From Macrostomum lignano (taxonomy: Eukaryota): DNA of 64,000 bases. This document shows, one piece after another, positions 27,137 to 40,600 of this stretch. The stretch lies in contig NIVC01001535.1 of the NCBI GenBank assembly GCA_002269645.1, positions 1 through 64,000 on the forward strand. Direction: 5' to 3'. Both the position numbers and the translations under genes were made by a program. The notes beneath the pieces are model-generated. The model was not told the origin of the DNA, ran no database searches, and saw nothing but the letters and a program-made list of their open reading frames with translations. Each line of letters begins with the position of its first letter. Position 1 is the stretch's first letter.

Positions 27137-27438
27137 CCCGCTCAGCCGATCTGGAGAGCCGCATCGAGACCAGCCGGTTGCAGAACCTCACCCTGTTCGG
27201 CCTGTTCGATCCAAACGCCCCACCGCCGAAAGAGATTTCCACCACGGAACCGTTGCAAATCAGCCTGGAACCAACCGGCTATTGGTCTGGAAAACTAACA
27301 ATCTCTGCCACCTGCTACCTGCTGATCAATGTCAGCCTGCCCTACCAGCAGGTGGTCGGGCTCTACCTGAGGCGGAACAGTCTGCCTACGGCTGTCCGAC
27401 ATGACTTCTTTCATCGATTGGTGAATGTGCAGAGCCAG
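27137..27438 (+). CDS. TENM: Teneurin exon 5: N-terminal extracellular Ig-like domain
   Basis: EPTGYWSG...VVGLYLRRNSLPTAVRHDFF resembles the teneurin GvYgRRgLPPthtqyDF motif; acceptor TTCCTCAAG (alternative CTCAG at 27145, same phase); donor CAG|GTGAGC, phase 0. Confidence 0.85.
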
Positions 27439-28146
27439 GTGAGCTGATTCTGCTCATTCCGCTGACTCTTGAGCACAGTACAAGCGCGCCAATACTGTAC
27501 GTGACCCTTTGACTTTCTAATCCTCAGGCATGTGCACTCTCTGTACAGAGTTGGGTGAGCTTAAAGAGACTTAAATTTAGTTGCTACCCTATAAATATTA
27601 GAGCCTGAATACATTTGCACAACGTTCCAAGTTTTCAAGTTCGATCAGAAAGTCGTCAGGACTGCGTCTTCGTCGAGAGCTGAAAGCTGAATTCGAACCC
27701 GGAACCTCGGGGCTATACAAACCTCGCTTGAAAAAATATTCGGTCGTATCTCGAGGCTAAAAAGAGCTTTACACAAGCTTTTTTCCCGCGGTGATTACGC
27801 AATCGCGCAGATGGGAATCTGTGCCCGCGGTGGTAAAATCTCTGGCGAAACATCGATAAAGGAATGCACAAGATAATAACTGTTGGGGGCGTTTTTTTTA
27901 CTTTACGAATATCAGACTTTCCAAAAATGGGACTTTAATAATTCAAGATAAAATAGCTAGGATTTTTTGGGATGTTTGGAACACAGCTATGCTTGCTGGC
28001 ACTAATTAGCACATGTTCAAGCAAGGCATACGCAACTCTTGACTTGATCCTGACATCTCACCTTGACGCTTCATGAATAGCAACTTTAAGCTTCTCTCTT
28101 CTGATATAAAAGTTTAAATCCTTCCCTGACTTCTCAATACAAAATT

Positions 28147-29430
28147 GGGCTTCCTGACACCCAACATGGCTTGTTCCTGATACCCAACTTGTAGCTTCCT
28201 GACACCCAACCTGGCTTGTTCCTGACACCCAACTTGTAGCTTCCTGACACCCAGCCTGGCTTGTTCCTGACACCCAACTTGTAGCTTCCTGACACCCAGC
28301 CTGGCTTGTTCCTGACACCCAACTTGTAGCTTCCTGACACCCAGCCTGGCTTGTTCCTGACACCCAACTTGTAGCTTCCTGACACCCAGCCTGGCTTGTT
28401 CCTGACACCCAACTTGTAGCTTCCTGACACCCAACCTGGCTTGTTCCTGACACCCAACTTGAAACTTCCTGACACCCAACCTGGCTTGTTCCTGACACCC
28501 GACTTAAAGCTTCCTGACACTCAACTTGTAGCTTCCTGACACCCAGCCTGGCTTGTTCCTGACACCCAACTTGAAACTTCCTAACACCCAACCTGGCTTG
28601 TTCCTGACACCTAACTTGTAGCTTCCTGACACCCAACCTGGCTTGTTCCTGACACCCGACTTGTAGCTTCCTGACACCCAACCTGGCTTGTTCCTGACAC
28701 CCAACCTGGCTTGTTCCTGACACCCGACTTGTAGCTTCCTGACACCCAACCTGGCTTGTTCCTGACACCCGACTTGTAGCTTCCTGACACCCAACTTGGC
28801 TTGTTCCTGACACCCAACCTGGCTTGTTCCTGACACCCAACCTGGCTTGTTCCTGACACCCGACTTGTAGCTTCCTGACACCCAACCTGGCTTGTTCCTG
28901 ACACCCAACCTGGCTTGTTCCTGACACCCAACCTGGCTTGTTCCTGACACCCAACCTGGCTTGTTCCTGACACCCAACCTGGCTTGTTCCTGACACCCAA
29001 CCTGGCTTGTTCCTGACACCCAACCTGGCTTGTTCCTGACACCCAACCTGGCTTGTTCCTGACACCCAACCTGGCTTGTTCCTGACACCCAACCTGGCTT
29101 GTTCCTGACACCCAACCTGGCTTGTTCCTGACACCCAACCTGGCTTGTTCCTGACACCCGACTTGTAGCTTCCTGACACCCAACCTGGCTTGTTCCTGAC
29201 ACCCAACCTGGCTTGTTCCTGACACCCGACTTGTAGCTTCCTGACACCCAACCTGGCTTGTTCCTGATACCCGACTTGTAGCTTCCTGACACCCAACCTG
29301 GCTTGTTCCTGACACCCAAACTGGCTTGTTCCTGACATCCAACGTACCTGGCTTGTTCCTGACACCCAACCTGGCTTGTTCCTGACATCCAACCTGGCTT
29401 GTTCCTGACACCCAACCTGGAACTTCTTGA
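28147..29430. repeat. 22/23-bp minisatellite (CCTGACACCCAACCTGGCTTGTT / CCTGACACCCAACTTGTAGCTT) with 45-bp dimers
   Basis: Directly visible; explains the long - strand ORFs at 28058-29442. Confidence 0.93.
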
Positions 29431-30057
29431 CACCTTACTCAAAGCTTTCGGACAGTCTTCAGGAGCTTCCTAAAAACCATATTTTCTCTGGTAGTAGCTC
29501 GTATCTCCAGGCGACCAAAATGGCACTTCAGTTTGGACCCCTAGTTACTGAAGATCGGTGTTTTCTTATTATCAAGGTCAGGGGTCAAGAGGCCTTGAAT
29601 AGAGCAATGATGTGTCAGGGGTATGGAGGCTCCCACCTTTCAAGTGTTTCCTTAAAAACCCGACCTTTTTGTCGGTTTGTGGGTTCTCTCTCTCTCTCTC
29701 TCTCTCTCTTTCATGGTGTGGGGGTCAAGGACCCCGTCAGTCTGAAGACCCCGCTTCAATAAGTTTGTTGTATTTTTTCACAGATTCAATCAGCCCCTAT
29801 TATATATTTGAAGTTGGTTTCTAAGGGAAGGAAGGGAAGGCCGACTACGGAGCGTGGAAGCTTAGTAGTCAGCTGACGCGATTTTGTTACAATAACAGCG
29901 CTTCTGAAGCCTGACGACTATTTCTTAGAAAATCAGTTGTGAAGGATTCCATCCGCTGCTTGTTGCTAACTCGCTTTTTACCTGACACGTGTTGGTCCTG
30001 GTTGTCGATTTTTTCATAGAAATTCCAGCTAAAACTTTTCATGGCTGAAACTGGGTC

Positions 30058-30815
30058 AGAGAGATCAGAGTGTGTCGGTACTAGATCAGATAGTGTGTCG
30101 GTACTAGATCAGAGAGAGTGTCGGTACTAGATCAGATAGAGTGTCGGTACTAGATCAGATAGAGTGTCGGTACTAGATCAGAGAGTGTCGGTACTAGATC
30201 AGATAGAGTGTCGGTACTAGATCAGATAGAGTGTCGGTACTAGATCAGAGAGTGTCGGTACTAGATCAGATGGAGTGTCGGTACTAGATCAGAGAGTGTG
30301 TGGGCACTATATCATAGTGTTTCGGTACTAGACAGAGAGCGTCGGTACTAGATCATAGAGTGTGTCGGTACTAGATCATAGAGTGTGTCGGTACTAGATC
30401 AGAGAGTGTCGGTACTAGATCATAGAGTGTGTCGGTACTAGATCATAGAGTGTGTCGGTACTAGATCATAGAGTGTGTCGGTACTAGATCAGAGAGTGTC
30501 GGTACTAGATCATAGAGTGTGTCGGTACTAGATCAGAGTGTGTCGGTACTAGACAGAGAGCGTCGGTACTAGATCAGAGAGTGTGTCGGTACTAGATCAG
30601 AGAGTGTCGGTACTAGATCAGAGAGTGTGTCGGTACTAGATCAGAGAGTGTGTCGGTACTAGATCAGAGTGTGTCGGTAATAGACAGAGAGCGTCGGTAC
30701 TAGATCAGAGAGTGTGTCGGTACTAGATCAGAGAGTGTCGGTACTAGATCAGAGAGTGTGTCGGTACTAGATCAGAGAGTGTGTCGGTACTAGACAGAGA
30801 GCGTCGGTACCAGAT
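30058..30815. repeat. 21-23-bp minisatellite (GTGTCGGTACTAGATCAGAGA)
   Basis: Directly visible, ending ~65 nt before the exon 6 acceptor. Confidence 0.93.
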
Positions 30816-30881
30816 GTCGGCAATACTAACAACCCTAAGCAATTAAATCTTCAACTCTGCTCTGTCATCTCCACACCGCAG

Positions 30882-30999
30882 AAGAAGCCCCACGCGCTGC
30901 CCGTGGTTCACCTGGCCCAACCGGCTGTCTGGTACGTGTCGCTTATCAACGATCAGCGTCATTCAAAAGCGCGCCTGGAAATGCGGGTTACAAAAACAG
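30882..30999 (+). CDS. TENM: Teneurin exon 6: Ig-like domain C-terminal part (KKPHALPVVHLAQPAVWYVSLINDQ...)
   Basis: WYVSLIND corresponds to teneurin WhLAfYND; acceptor CACACCGCAG, donor CAG|GTACGC; phase 0/1. Confidence 0.85.
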
Positions 31000-31236
31000 G
31001 TACGCGCAAAGAAATCTCCACCAACCCCCCCCCCCTTTACACGCTTTGCTTGTCTGACGATCAGCGATTTTGGCTTCAAGCAGCCCTCAAAGCCCCCCTC
31101 CCCAAACCCACCAGCCAAAGCAGCTGTTTTTGATGACACATCCTTCGCCTGAAGCTGAAGCTGGTCAGCATACCGTAAGAGTTTCTTTCTTCTTTTCCTC
31201 TGACCCCGGCAAACACCTGAACTTCCCGCAACGCAG

Positions 31237-31347
31237 ATTTGGATTACCGACTGACCGACTGCCACGGCGGCTGCAGCAACCGGGGCGCCTGTCAGAGCGG
31301 CGTTTGCCACTGCTTCGCGGGATTCAAAGGGGCGGACTGCTCGCTGG
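31237..31347 (+). CDS. TENM: Teneurin exon 7: EGF1 (DCHGGCSNRGACQSGVCHCFAGFKGADCSL)
   Basis: 6-Cys tenascin-type EGF; acceptor AACGCAG, donor TGG|GTGAGT; phase 1/1. Confidence 0.92.
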
Positions 31348-31419
31348 GTGAGTGACGGCCGGGGATCTCTCCTCTATTGTGCGGAGGATCGTTTGTACCT
31401 TGATGCCGAGTCTTATTTG

Positions 31420-31730
31420 TGTCAGTCTGTCACTGTGTCTGTCAGTCTGTCACAGTGTCTGTCAGTCTGTCACAATGTCTGTCAGTCTGTCACAGTGTCT
31501 GTCACAGTGTCTGTCAGTCTGTCACAGTGTCTGTCAGTCTGTCATAGTGTCTGTCAGTCTGTCACAGTGTCTGTCAGTCTGTCATAGTGTCTGTCAGTCT
31601 GTCACAGTGTCTGTCAGTCTGTCATAGTGTCTGTCAGTCTGTCTTAGTGTCTCTCAGTCTGTCACAGTGTCTCTCAGTCTGTCACAGTGTCTGTCAGTCT
31701 GTCACAATGTCTGTCATAGTGTCTGTCGGT
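31420..31730. repeat. 20-bp minisatellite (TCTGTCAGTCTGTCACAGTG)
   Basis: Directly visible. Confidence 0.9.
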
Positions 31731-32149
31731 CAGTATGTCAGAAGTTCGACAACCCTGGCTTAGAAAGCAACACACACACAAAACCGAACCCATAAAATTG
31801 CTTCGGAAACTTTTTATACACTATCCTCAAAAAGTCACGACCAGAACACATATTGCCTCCTGAGCCAAGTATTTTATCCCAGAGCGGAATAGCAAATAAA
31901 AACTTGAAGAGATGGTCATCAAGCAATAAGAAGCCCGAGGCTGCATCCGCCAACTCCTCAGCGCCCTCGGCTATTTCGAATTTATTATTGGCCATTTTCG
32001 GGTTTTTCGGCGTATCCGCATCTGCCGCATTCGATTTCGGGAGGAGGCACCGGAGCCACATATGGTGGCTTTTATTTTTGTTACGGCATTTTGGCTGAGC
32101 GGAAAACTCGATGGGAAAGTTTAGCGAATTGAATTTTTAGCGTCTATAT

Positions 32150-32665
<516 letters not shown>

Positions 32666-32717
32666 CTCCTTTGATTAACTCTGACATCGCTCCTGCCCGC
32701 CTCTCCCCCAATCGCAG

Positions 32718-32912
32718 AGGACGCAGTGCAGGTGTGCAGCGGCAATGGCTACTTTGACCGCGGCGTCTGTCGTTGCCACCCCCAGTGGAAGGGAGCGGAC
32801 TGCAGCGTGCCCTGGACAGAGTGCCTGGATCCGCTGTGCTCGGGCAATGGGCGCTGTGTTGCCGGTCAATGTCAGTGCTCGGCTGGCTTCGCTGGCGAGA
32901 AGTGCGAGAATG
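32718..32912 (+). CDS. TENM: Teneurin exon 8: EGF2 and EGF3
   Basis: EDAVQVCSGNGYFDRGVCRCHPQWKGADCSVP-WTECLDPLCSGNGRCVAGQCQCSAGFAGEKCEN; acceptor ATCGCAG, donor ATG|GTGAGC; phase 1/1. Confidence 0.93.
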
Positions 32913-33593
32913 GTGAGCAGATTGAGTTGGTGAATCGGAGGATGCCATTTTCGGTAGATCTGTAGACATGGTATAAGGTATGTCTATAGATATAACATTA
33001 AATGTCATCTACATCTATAGATCTGGCAGTAGCTACATCTGTAGACCTGACACTATTCTATAGATCTTGTAGTAATCTATAGATATGACAGTAGCGAAAT
33101 CTACAGATTTAGCTACAATCTATCAATCTGAAAGTCAATAAAATTTATAGATGCGTTTCATCCACGTTTAGATAAATCTATAGATCTAGAAGTAGATGAA
33201 TCCTTAGATCTGGAGCATTACAAATCCAACAGATCCAGAAATGATTTAAATCTGCAGAATCCATCTGACCCTAGTAGACCCAAAGAGTCCATAAAGTTTA
33301 ATCTTTAGTAAATCGTTAAAATTTGGATGAAATAAAGTTTAGTAAATCACTTCAGGAAAGTTTCTGTAAGCGATATAAAAAACTGGCATTTTAATTAATT
33401 TTATGGTCAGGCATCTCCTCACCGCCTCTCAGAAACAAACAGCTACTGTTCTTGCTTCCCCAAACTCCACCTGTCAGACCTGTCATTGATAGCATTTTAT
33501 TGGTCTCATCGATCTGACAGCTGGTAAGCCTCGGGGTCAGTCCGTCCATCTAGCTAATTAAATTCTAACTCACTTTTAGCCTTGCCTTGCCGA

Positions 33594-34143
<550 letters not shown>

Positions 34144-34639
34144 TGCAAAAATGTAGCACGAAAGAAAAAAGTATTCTTTAATAAGCAATGAGTAACAACA
34201 ATGAATCTCTTCTGGCTTGAGGGGAGAAAGGCGGAGTAACTCCAGACATCTCTCTCTCTTTCTCTCTCTTTCTCTCTCTTTCTCTCTCTCTCTCTCTTTC
34301 TCTTCCTCTTGCTTGCTCCAAGAAGCGTGGCGTCTCCAGGCCCAGCAAAAAATCCCACCACTAGTCCATGGACAGTCAATTGATTGATTGGCCTCAGACC
34401 CCAAGCAGTGGTTGGGAAATTATGAAAGAAGAGAAAATAAAGAGAACGAGAGAGACACAGAGAGAACTACTTGATGAAGCTGAGAGGCTGACAGACTAGG
34501 CCCTCCTATACTGAAGATGTCGTTCCCCAGTAGTCATCGATTGGAGCTGTAAAACAGTGAATCTGAGGATGTCACTGTAGATCTGTTGTATTAGATATTT
34601 CCATAGATCTAATAGTACATGCAAATAAATATATGGATC

Positions 34640-37600
34640 TAGCACTAATCTATAGATCTGGCAATAGCTACATCTATAGATCTGACAGTAGCTTCATCTA
34701 TAGATCTGACAGTAGCTTCATCTGTAGATCTGACAGTAGCTTCATCTATAGATCTGACAGTAGCTTCATCTATAGATCTGGCAGTAGCTTCATCTATAGA
34801 TCTGACAGTAGCTTCATCTATAGATCTGACAGTAGCTTCATCTATAGATCTGACAGTAGCTTCATCTATAGATCTGGCAGTAGCTTCATCTATAGATCTG
34901 ACAGTAGCTTCATCTATAGATCTGACAGTAGCTTCATCTATAGATCTGACAGTAGCTTCATCTATAGATCTGACAGTAGCTTCATCTATAGATCTGACAG
35001 TAGCTTCATCTATAGATCTGACAGTAGCTTCATCTATAGATCTGACAGTAGCTTCATCTATAGATCTGGCAGTAGCTTCATCTATAGATCTGACAGTAGC
35101 TTCATCTATAGATCTGACAGTAGCTTCATCTATAGATCTGACAGTAGCTTCATCTATAGATCTGACAGTAGCTTCATCTATAGATCTGACAGTAGCTTCA
35201 TCTATAGATCTGACAGTAGCTTCATCTATAGATCTGACAGTAGCTTCATCTATAGATCTGACAGTAGCTTCATCTATAGATCTGACAGTAGCTTCATCTA
35301 TAGATCTGACAGTAGCTTCATCTATAGATCTGACAGTAGCTTCATCTATAGATCTGACAGTAGCTTCATCTATAGATCTGACAGTAGCTTCATCTATAGA
35401 TCTGACAGTAGCTTCATCTATAGATCTGACAGTAGCTTCATCTATAGATCTGACAGTAGCTTCATCTATAGATCTGACAGTAGCTTCATCTATAGATCTG
35501 ACAGTAGCTTCATCTATAGATCTGACAGTAGCTTCATCTATAGATCTGACAGTAGCTTCATCTATAGATCTGACAGTAGCTTCATCTATAGATCTGACAG
35601 TAGCTTCATCTATAGATCTGACAGTAGCTTCATCTATAGATCTGACAGTAGCTTCATCTATAGATCTGGCAGCAGCTTCATCTATAGATCTGGCAGTAGC
35701 TTCATCTATAGATCTGACAGTAGCTTCATCTATAGATCTGACAGTAGCTTCATCTATAGATCTGACAGTAGCTTCATCTATAGATCTGACAGTAGCTTCA
35801 TCTATAGATCTGACAGTAGCTTCATCTATAGATCTGACAGTAGCTTCATCTATAGATCTGACAGTAGCTTCATCTATAGATCTGGCAGCAGCTACACCTA
35901 TAGATCTGGCAGTAGCTTCATCTATAGATCTGACAGTAGCTTCATCTATAGATCTGACAGTAGCTTCATCTATAGATCTGACAGCAGCTACATCTATAGA
36001 TCTGACAGTAGCTTCATCTATAGATCTGACAGTAGCTTCATCTATAGATCTGACAGTAGCTTCATCTATAGATCTGACAGTAGCTTCATCTATAGATCTG
36101 ACAGTAGCTTCATCTATAGATCTGACAGTAGCTTCATCTATAGATCTGACAGTAGCTTCATCTATAGATCTGACAGTAGCTTCATCTATAGATCTGACAG
36201 CAGCTACATCTATAGATCTGACAGTAGCTTCATCTATAGATCTGACAGTAGCTTCATCTATAGATCTGACAGTAGCTTCATCTATAGATCTGGCAGCAGC
36301 TACACCTATAGATCTGGCAGTAGCTTCATCTATAGATCTGACAGTAGCTTCATCTATAGATCTGGCAGCAGCTACACCTATAGATCTGGCAGTAGCTTCA
36401 TCTATAGATCTGACAGTAGCTTCATCTATAGATCTGGCAGCAGCTACACCTATAGATCTGGCAGTAGCTTCATCTATAGATCTGACAGTAGCTTCATCTA
36501 TAGATCTGACAGTAGCTTCATCTATAGATCTGACAGTAGCTTCATCTATAGATCTGACAGTAGCTTCATCTATAGATCTGGCAGCAGCTACACCTATAGA
36601 TCTGGCAGTAGCTTCATCTATAGATCTGACAGTAGCTTCATCTATAGATCTGACAGTAGCTTCATCTATAGATCTGACAGTAGCTTCATCTATAGATCTG
36701 ACAGTAGCTTCATCTATAGATCTGACAGTAGCTTCATCTATAGATCTGACAGTAGCTTCATCTATAGATCTGACAGTAGCTTCATCTATAGATCTGGCAG
36801 TAGCTTCATCTATAGATCTGACAGTAGCTTCATCTATAGATCTGACAGTAGCTTCATCTATAGATCTGACAGCAGCTACACCTATAGATCTGACAGTAGC
36901 TTCATCTATAGATCTGACAGTAGCTTCATCTATAGATCTGGCAGTAGCTTCATCTATAGATCTGACAGTAGCTTCATCTATAGATCTGACAGTAGCTTCA
37001 TCTATAGATCTGAGTAGCTTCATCTATAGATCTGGCAGTAGCTTCATCTATAGATCTGACAGTAGCTTCATCTATAGATCTGGCAGCAGCTACACCTATA
37101 GATCTGGCAGTAGCTTCATCTATAGATCTGACAGTAGCTTCATCTATAGATCTGGCAGCAGCTACACCTATAGATCTGGCAGTAGCTTCATCTATAGATC
37201 TGACAGTAGCTTCATCTATAGATCTGGCAGCAGCTACACCTATAGATCTGCAGTAGCTTCATCTATAGATCTGACAGTAGCTTCATCTATAGATCTGGCA
37301 GCAGCTACACCTATAGATCTGGCAGTAGCTTCATCTATAGATCTGACAGTAGCTTCATCTATAGATCTGACAGTAGCTTCATCTATAGATCTGACAGTAG
37401 CTTCATCTATAGATCTGACAGTAGCTTCATCTATAGATCTGGCAGCAGCTACACCTATAGATCTGGCAGTAGCTTCATCTATAGATCTGACAGTAGCTTC
37501 ATCTATAGATCTGACAGTAGCTTCATCTATAGATCTGACAGTAGCTTCATCTATAGATCTGACAGTAGCTTCATCTATAGATCTGACAGTAGCTTCATCT

Positions 37601-40600
37601 ATAGATCTGACAGTAGCTTCATCTATAGATCTGACAGTAGCTTCATCTATAGATCTGGCAGCAGCTTCATCTATAGATCTGACAGTAGCTTCATCTATAG
37701 ATCTGACAGTAGCTTCATCTATAGATCTGGCAGTAGCTTCATCTATAGATCTGACAGTAGCTTCATCTATAGATCTGACAGTAGCTTCATCTATAGATCT
37801 GACAGTAGCTTCATCTATAGATCTGGCAGTAGCTTCATCTATAGATCTGACAGTAGCTTCATCTATAGATCTGACAGTAGCTTCATCTATAGATCTGACA
37901 GTAGCTTCATCTATAGATCTGACAGTAGCTTCATCTGTAGATCTGACAGTAGCTTCATATATAGATCTGGCAGCAGCTACACCTATAGATCAGACAGTAG
38001 CTTCATCTATAGATCTGACAGTAGCTTCATCTATAGATCTGACAGTAGCTTCATCTATAGATCTGACAGTAGCTTCATCTATAGATCTGACAGTAGCTTC
38101 ATCTATAGATCTGACAGCAGCTACATCTATAGATCTGACAGTAGCTTCATCTATAGATCTGGCAGTAGCTTCATCTATAGATCTGACAGTAGCTTCATCT
38201 ATAGATCTGACAGTAGCTTCATCTATAGATCTGACAGTAGCTTCATCTATAGATCTGACAGTAGCTTCATCTATAGATCTGGCAGCAGCTACACCTATAG
38301 ATCTGGCAGTAGCTTCATCTATAGATCTGACAGTAGCTTCATCTATAGATCTGACAGTAGCTTCATCTATAGATCTGACAGTAGCTTCATCTATAGATCT
38401 GACAGTAGCTTCATCTATAGATCTGGCAGCAGCTACACTATAGATCTGGCAGTAGCTTCATCTATAGATCTGACAGTAGCTTCATCTATAGATCTGACAG
38501 TAGCTTCATCTATAGATCTGACAGTAGCTTCATCTATAGATCTGACAGTAGCTTCATCTATAGATCTGGCAGTAGCTTCATCTATAGATCTGACAGTAGC
38601 TTCATCTATAGATCTGACAGTAGCTTCATCTATAGATCTGACAGTAGCTTCATCTATAGATCTGACAGTAGCTTCATCTATAGATCTGACAGTAGCTTCA
38701 TCTATAGATCTGACAGCAGCTACATCTATAGATCTGACAGTAGCTTCATCTATAGATCTGGCAGCAGCTTCATCTATAGATCTGGCAGCAGCTACACCTA
38801 TAGATCTGGCAGCAGCTACACCTATAGGTCTGGCAGTAGCTTCATCTATAGATCTGACAGTAGCTTCATCTATAGATCTGACAGTAGCTTCATCTATAGA
38901 TCTGACAGTAGCTTCATCTATAGATCTGACAGTAGCTTCATCTATAGATCTGACAGTAGCTTCATCTATAGATCTGACAGCTAGCTATAGATCTGACAGT
39001 AGCTTCATCTATAGATCTGACAGTAGCTTCATCTATAGATCTGGCAGCAGCTACACCTATAGATCTGACAGTAGCTTCATCTATAGATCTGACAGTAGCT
39101 TCATCTATAGATCTGACAGTAGCTTCATCTATAGATCTGACAGTAGCTTCATCTATAGATCTGACAGTAGCTTCATCTATAGATCTGGCAGTAGCTTCAT
39201 CTATAGATCTGACAGTAGCTTCATCTATAGATCTGACAGTAGCTTCATCTATAGATCTGACAGTAGCTTCATCTATAGATCTGACAGTAGCTTCATCTAT
39301 AGATCTGACAGTAGCTTCATCTATAGATCTGACAGCAGCTACATCTATAGATCTGACAGTAGCTTCATCTATAGATCTGACAGTAGCTTCATCTATAGAT
39401 CTGGCAGCAGCTACACCTATAGATCTGGCAGTAGCTTCATCTATAGATCTGACAGTAGCTTCATCTATAGATCTGCAGCAGCTTCATCTATAGATCTGAC
39501 AGTAGCTTCATCTATAGATCTGACAGTAGCTTCATCTATAGATCTGACAGTAGCTTCATCTATAGATCTGACAGTAGCTTCATCTATAGATCTGACAGTA
39601 GCTTCATCTATAGATCTGACAGTAGCTTCATCTATAGATCTGGCAGTAGCTTCATCTATAGATCTGGCAGTAGCTTCATCTATAGATCTGACAGTAGCTT
39701 CATCTATAGATCTGACAGTAGCTTCATCTATAGATCTGACAGTAGCTTCATCTATAGATCTGACAGTAGCTTCATCTATAGATCTGGCAGTAGCTTCATC
39801 TATAGATCTGACAGTAGCTTCATCTATAGATCTGACAGTAGCTTCATCTATAGATCTGACAGTAGCTTCATCTATAGATCTGACAGTAGCTTCATCTATA
39901 GATCTGACAGTAGCTTCATCTATAGATCTGACAGTAGCTTCATCTATAGATCTGACAGTAGCTTCATCTATAGATCTGGCAGCAGCTACATCTATAGATC
40001 TGACAGTAGCTTCATCTATAGATCTGACAGTAGCTTCATCTATAGATCTGACAGTAGCTTCATCTATAGATCTGACAGTAGCTTCATCTATAGATCTGAC
40101 AGTAGCTTCATCTATAGATCTGACAGTAGCTTCATCTATAGATCTGACAGTAGCTTCATCTATAGATCTGACAGTAGCTTCATCTATAGATCTGACAGTA
40201 GCTTCATCTATAGATCTGACAGTAGCTTCATCTATAGATCTGACAGTAGCTTCATCTATAGATCTGACAGTAGCTTCATCTATAGATCTGGCAGCAGCTA
40301 CATCTATAGATCTGACAGTAGCTTCATCTATAGATCTGACAGTAGCTTCATCTATAGATCTGACAGTAGCTTCATCTATAGATCTGACAGTAGCTTCATC
40401 TATAGATCTGACAGTAGCTTCATCTATAGATCTGACAGTAGCTTCATCTATAGATCTGACAGTAGCTTCATCTATAGATCTGACAGTAGCTTCATCTATA
40501 GATCTGGCAGTAGCTTCATCTATAGATCTGACAGTAGCTTCATCTATAGATCTGACAGTAGCTTCATCTATAGATCTGACAGCAGCTACACCTATAGATC

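Noticed and set aside
27680-27730. tRNA or tRNA-derived SINE (B-box-like GGTTCGAAT on the - strand; a similar motif near 46910)
   Set aside because: No A box, cloverleaf, tail or TSD
25620-30815. CRISPR-like arrays
   Set aside because: Head-to-tail units with no unique spacers, no cas genes, and eukaryotic intron context
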